Shown here: in pieces, positions 59,551 to 64,000 of the stretch
How positions within the stretch are numbered: the first letter of the stretch is position 1
How the letters are laid out: each line of letters opens with the position of its first letter
Source: the human T2T-CHM13v2.0 reference genome, Homo sapiens
NCBI RefSeq assembly: GCF_009914755.1
Contig: NC_060941.1
Direction: 5' to 3' (one strand)
DNA length: 64,000 nt
Translations under genes and position numbers: made by a program
The notes under the pieces: model-generated
What the model was told of the DNA's origin: nothing
Database searches by the model: none
Seen by the model: the letters and a program-made list of their open reading frames with translations, nothing else

Positions 59551-62500
59551 TTAGGAGAGCTAGGCCTGGTTCTGCCCCATGGCACATCAGCTCTATCCCT
59601 CCCTTATCCACCAGGCTGGCCTCTCAGTGACTCAGCTCTCGGTGAAAGTTGTGATTCATTTGAAAATATTGGAAAGATTCAGAGCTCTAGGACCAGAGCC
59701 CCTGGAAGGGGTGACATCCCCCAGGTGGAGAGGGCGCTGGGAAAGCAGGTTTGTGGAGCATGTAGGAATCGTGGCCGCACGCTCAGGTATGTGGGGAATG
59801 TGCCCCTGTTTCTCTGTCCTGCCAGAGGGTGGAGGAATCTGACTCCCCTACCTGCTCTTCAGCAGCGGGGCCTCCAGCAGGGGGGCCTCTAGCAGAGGGG
59901 CCTTGTCGTTGTCCCCATGCTGCTCCCCCTTGGCCCTTCATCCCTGTCTGTGCAGGGTGTCCATCTGTCCTCGGTGAGGGGCCACTGCTGCCTGGCCTCG
60001 CCCCCACCCTGGGGACCCTGCTGAGGTTGGGAACACTGCTCCTGGCCCTCAGACCTCTCTGGGGTTTGTGGTTCCCCGAGCCTGGGGTTCTGACCAGGGG
60101 TGGGCTGACCACAGGTCACCTTCTGAGGGACCCCTGGTATCTCCCGCATGGACTCCTCGAGTGCCTGAGCCCAGGGGGAGAGCAGCCTGGGCCTGTCCAG
60201 GGCTCACTGGCCCAGGTTCCCCACCCTAGGCCAGCTCTTCTTGACACATGTAGGCTGTGAGTCCTCACCCCGTGGGGTCGTCAGGCCAGATGAGGCCATG
60301 CATGTGAGGAAAGCTTCTGATCCTTCTCCAGTCCACGGCAGTGCCATTCCCACCTGTGGGGGGGAGGAGGCAGGCTCGGGAGGTGCAGTTACGTTCCCGA
60401 GGCCATGCGGCGTTCGACCTGGGTCAGCCTTGCTCAGTGTTTCTCAGGAGGCCCTCCTTTTGTCCACGTGGCCTTTTCCTCAGACGTTTTTGTGAAGGAC
60501 GATGTGGCAGAGCCCTTCTGGCTGGGCCCTCTACCCGTCTCCACCCCAGAGGGCCCAGGGGCTGCGCAAGCTGCTGATGGGGACCCCCACACTGAGCGGG
60601 GTGTCCCATGCCTAGGAAGGACAGATTCCTTGGCCAGCGTTGCTGAGCCTCTGTCCTGTCACTCACCCCCTTCCAGGCTCCGAGGGATGTGAGGACTTCA
60701 GACCACACACTTCCCAGGGCACATGTGTCGCTGGGGATCCCTCATCAGTCCATTTGCACCTGTGCTGTGGGGAGCCGGTCTCTGCTGCACTTGGGCAGCC
60801 CGCCCCGGCGGAGGGCAACCCCTTAATGAGCCTTAGCAGGTGGCATGTGGGCCAGCGTGTCCGAGCACGAGACGTTCTTGTGCTGGGTCCCTTCAGCTTT
60901 AGCCTCAGTGGGCAATTGGCCCAAGTCCCTGGCTGCTTCCCCACTGCAGCCCCTACCCAGCTTGGGTGGGGTCCTCACTGCCCACCCCGCCCCCCGCCAC
61001 CTTGGCCCCCTTCCAGGTTCCAGACTTCCACTTGCGTGTGTCAGAAACGCAGCTCAAACCCACCCATGTGCACGTGCGCAAAGCTCGTTGGCCTGGGAGG
61101 CCCAGGGCACGCTCACCCCCAGGGGGTCACACAGTCTGACCAGGCTTTCGCGTCCTTCCTGCTCTCTCACTGCACTGTCCGCTTCTGCTTCCCAGCCTGT
61201 GGACGCTCCCTGGAGGGCAGAGCAGCTGGCACACCATGCCCATGCTCTGAGCGAGCAGCTGAGCTCTGGCCCACAGTGGTTGCAGATGATGTCGTAGAAA
61301 GGGCCCAGAAATAGCGAGGGGTGGTGGTGGCGGCAAACCTGGCAGCAGAGCCTGTGACAAGTGCAGTGACGCCTCACAGCGGGCTCAGGGGGCGGGTGGC
61401 CTGGTCTGAAGTCACCATAAGCAGAACAGGCTTCGCACCAGGACATCCGGGTCAATAACAGCCGGCCCCAGGCTGGCGATGACTCATGTTGGAGGGGCTA
61501 TGGCCAGTGCCGTGGAGGACAGGCGTGGGAGCAGTCTCACCAGATTAAGTTTACTTCCAGCATTTGGGTCTAAACCCTCCAATGAACAGATGGGCTGGGG
61601 ATGTGGCCTGTTTGCCGCAGGCGACAGAGGCTGCTGTGTGGCGAGTACTGCGGCAGGGCCTGCTCTGCGTCCCGTGCACCCTGGGGTGGCACTAATGGCA
61701 CTTTTCAGCCCTCGGGTTCCATCACGTGGTCTTCTTACATGGGCTGCTGGGTGGTCACGGGGCGGGGGGTCACATGACTCTGTAAAATGTGTCCTCATTC
61801 ACGAGGGGCCCAAATGCTGGGGAGGGAGGGAGGCCTGGGGCAGCCCAGCCAGGCAGGGAAGCTCGGCGGCAGGAGCCGCAGCCCAGGGCAGAGGAAGGGT
61901 GGCTGTCCCCCCAACTCCCTTCCCAACCCCCCTGCAGACCTCTATGCTCTGCTTCTATGCCTGAGCTTTAGTGGGGGTGTTTTTTTAAATTGCAAAATGG
62001 ACATTTTAAGGGCATCTCTCTCTGAGTGTCCGGCATATAGATGCGGCTCAATGGATGGCAGCCGGGATGAGGATGACGAAGCAGAGATGAAGGGGGCACA
62101 TGTGTGTGCACCATACACACACACCCGAAGTGGTGCGGACTGGAGCCCTCCAGGCTGGCCTCGGGCTTGAAGGCAGAAAGACCATGGGGTTTCTTTAGTT
62201 TTCTGGGTCAGGATTCCCCATTTGTTGGGACCCCATCAAGCATCAATCTGACAATAGCTGTTTCCTTAGTGCTTACTGTGTCCCGCCACTGTGATCAGCA
62301 CATTTCACAGCCACAGAACCACCCTCTGGAGCTGTTCCTGGTTAGGGATGGCACGAACCATCTCTGTGTGGCCAGGCCTGCTGGGGCTGCCCTAGGCGGT
62401 GGCCATGCTGGGGCTGCGCTTGTGGCCTCCTGGCACTGTCGTCTGGCCTGGCATTCTCTTGGGGCCCAGGTGTTCCTGGGTAAAGCAGGGCCTGGGGTCA

Positions 62501-64000
62501 GGAGCTGGGCTTCCATCCGAGGTGGGTGCCAGATGCTCAGCTTGCAGCAAAACCACAGGACAGGCAGAAAGGGTCAGGCCAGAGCAGGCCAATTCTTAGA
62601 GGCCAGAGGGGCAGGCCCAGCCACTGAGGTGGCCTCAGTTGTCAGTCTTGGGGCCAAGGAGGGTGAGGAGAAGGGGATATGAGCGAATTGATCTTCCACC
62701 GTGTGACTGGCCTGGCGCTTACATATGCAATGGAGACAGCACTTTGTAGACAACTCCTGTTGCCTCAGTTTTCTTCCCTGCACTCCTGCCAATCAGGCCA
62801 AGTGATGACCCCCACCACCCCATGGGAAGGTAGGGCAGGTGTCATCCAGGACAGGAAGTCCATGGGGTAGGGAGGAAGGAGATGACCTGGGGAAAGGTCC
62901 CACTAGACTGTAATCTGCCCCTGGTCCTAGGTGGGAGGAGAGCCTCGGAGGGGCCACGCTGTTGGAGGATGAGCCAGGGCCCTGGGAAGTGACCCCCATT
63001 TGTCTTGGTTCAATAGTAGTTGTATGTGTTGGGGGGTATGAGCAAGAGAACAGGAATCCCACAGAAACCCCAGCTGGTGAGGGGCTGGTTCTGCATGGCA
63101 TGAGAGAGGTTGAGCAGGTGAGCCCCAGGTAGAGCCCCAAGGCCCCCTGCTCTTCCTCAGCCTGGAAAGGAAAAATCCAGGGGATTCTGTGTGCTTGTGG
63201 AGGAACCACGGTCAAGAACTTTGGTGGGCAACTGCCTGCTTGGCGAAGTGAGCTGGGGCTGAGGGCTGCGGGGGACCATGCGGTCTGGGGTCAGATGGGA
63301 GCTGCAGCCAGACCTGAGGGGCTCAGAGCACCCCTGGGGCCCAGGCTGGGCCTCAGGAGCAGGCCCCTCGCCGAGCTTCAGGAGCTTCAGCAGGCAGGGC
63401 GGAGGCCCACCCGGCGAAACAAGGCAGCACGGCCAGGCCCTGAAGCAGAAGCCAGCTCCTGGATCCAGATGTGCCCGTGGCAGGGAAGGAAATGAGGGAG
63501 ACCCTCTCAAGCACAGAGGGATCATCAGCCCCTCCAGGGCATGGAAACTTTGAACGACTCAATGCTTCCCCGAAAGAGCCTGAGTTCAACCAAAGACCAC
63601 TTTAATGGAAAGACTGAGTTCATTTTAATTGGCAATTAAAAAAAGTGATTAGTTGTAGTTAATAGGGAACAGTTATTTGCACATCTGAGTTTTTGCATGT
63701 GCACCCGATTCTGTTACACCTGCGCCTCATTTAACCCTTCCTATACCCTGCATCATGGTGTCAACCCCAGGAAACCAGGACTCAGAGAGGCTCATTGGCA
63801 AGCCCCAAGCCACACAGCAAGCAAGGCTGGGGTGGGAGCTCAGCCCCCAGAGTTTGCTTCAGAGGAGAGAGGGACAAGGAGTCTGCAGGACAGGGCCTGG
63901 CGCTGCCATCGACTTGCTGTGTGACTGTTCTCTGAGCCGACTTCCTCTGCTGACAAATGAGAGTGGGTCAGCATCCATGAGAAAGGGTTGAAGGAAATAG

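Noticed and set aside
60640-62682. Several 130-220 aa ORFs downstream of NT5M
   Set aside because: Overlapping ORFs on both strands in GC-rich sequence, with no domain or exon evidence.

Overview
Human-type genomic DNA containing the whole NT5M gene (mitochondrial 5'(3')-deoxyribonucleotidase, mdN/dNT-2, HAD superfamily) on the + strand. It has a CpG-island promoter at about 13.2-14.1 kb and five coding exons (13618-13884, 16608-16708, 33128-33188, 53862-53976, 55872-56014). These splice to 687 nt (228 aa plus stop), with AATAAA at 56702. From recall, NT5M lies on human 17p11.2. The rest is very Alu-rich, with L1, L2, MIR, an ERV1-type (MER52-like) LTR, MER5A and several tandem repeats. Almost every other ORF in the track is an Alu-derived or GC-rich chance ORF. 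I found no convincing new protein-coding system. The most notable structures are: (1) a cryptic ~1.3 kb inversion in intron 2, reconstructable from a split L1 and a split target-site duplication, with a snap-back hairpin and templated insert at one junction; (2) a 24-codon uORF whose stop overlaps the NT5M start (ATGA); (3) competing GC and GT donors at exon 4 (+6 aa); (4) a duplicated exon-2 donor that would give an immediate stop; (5) a five-Alu array built at one recurrent target site. Repeat subfamily names come from my memory of consensus sequences, not from a search, and repeat boundaries are approximate.
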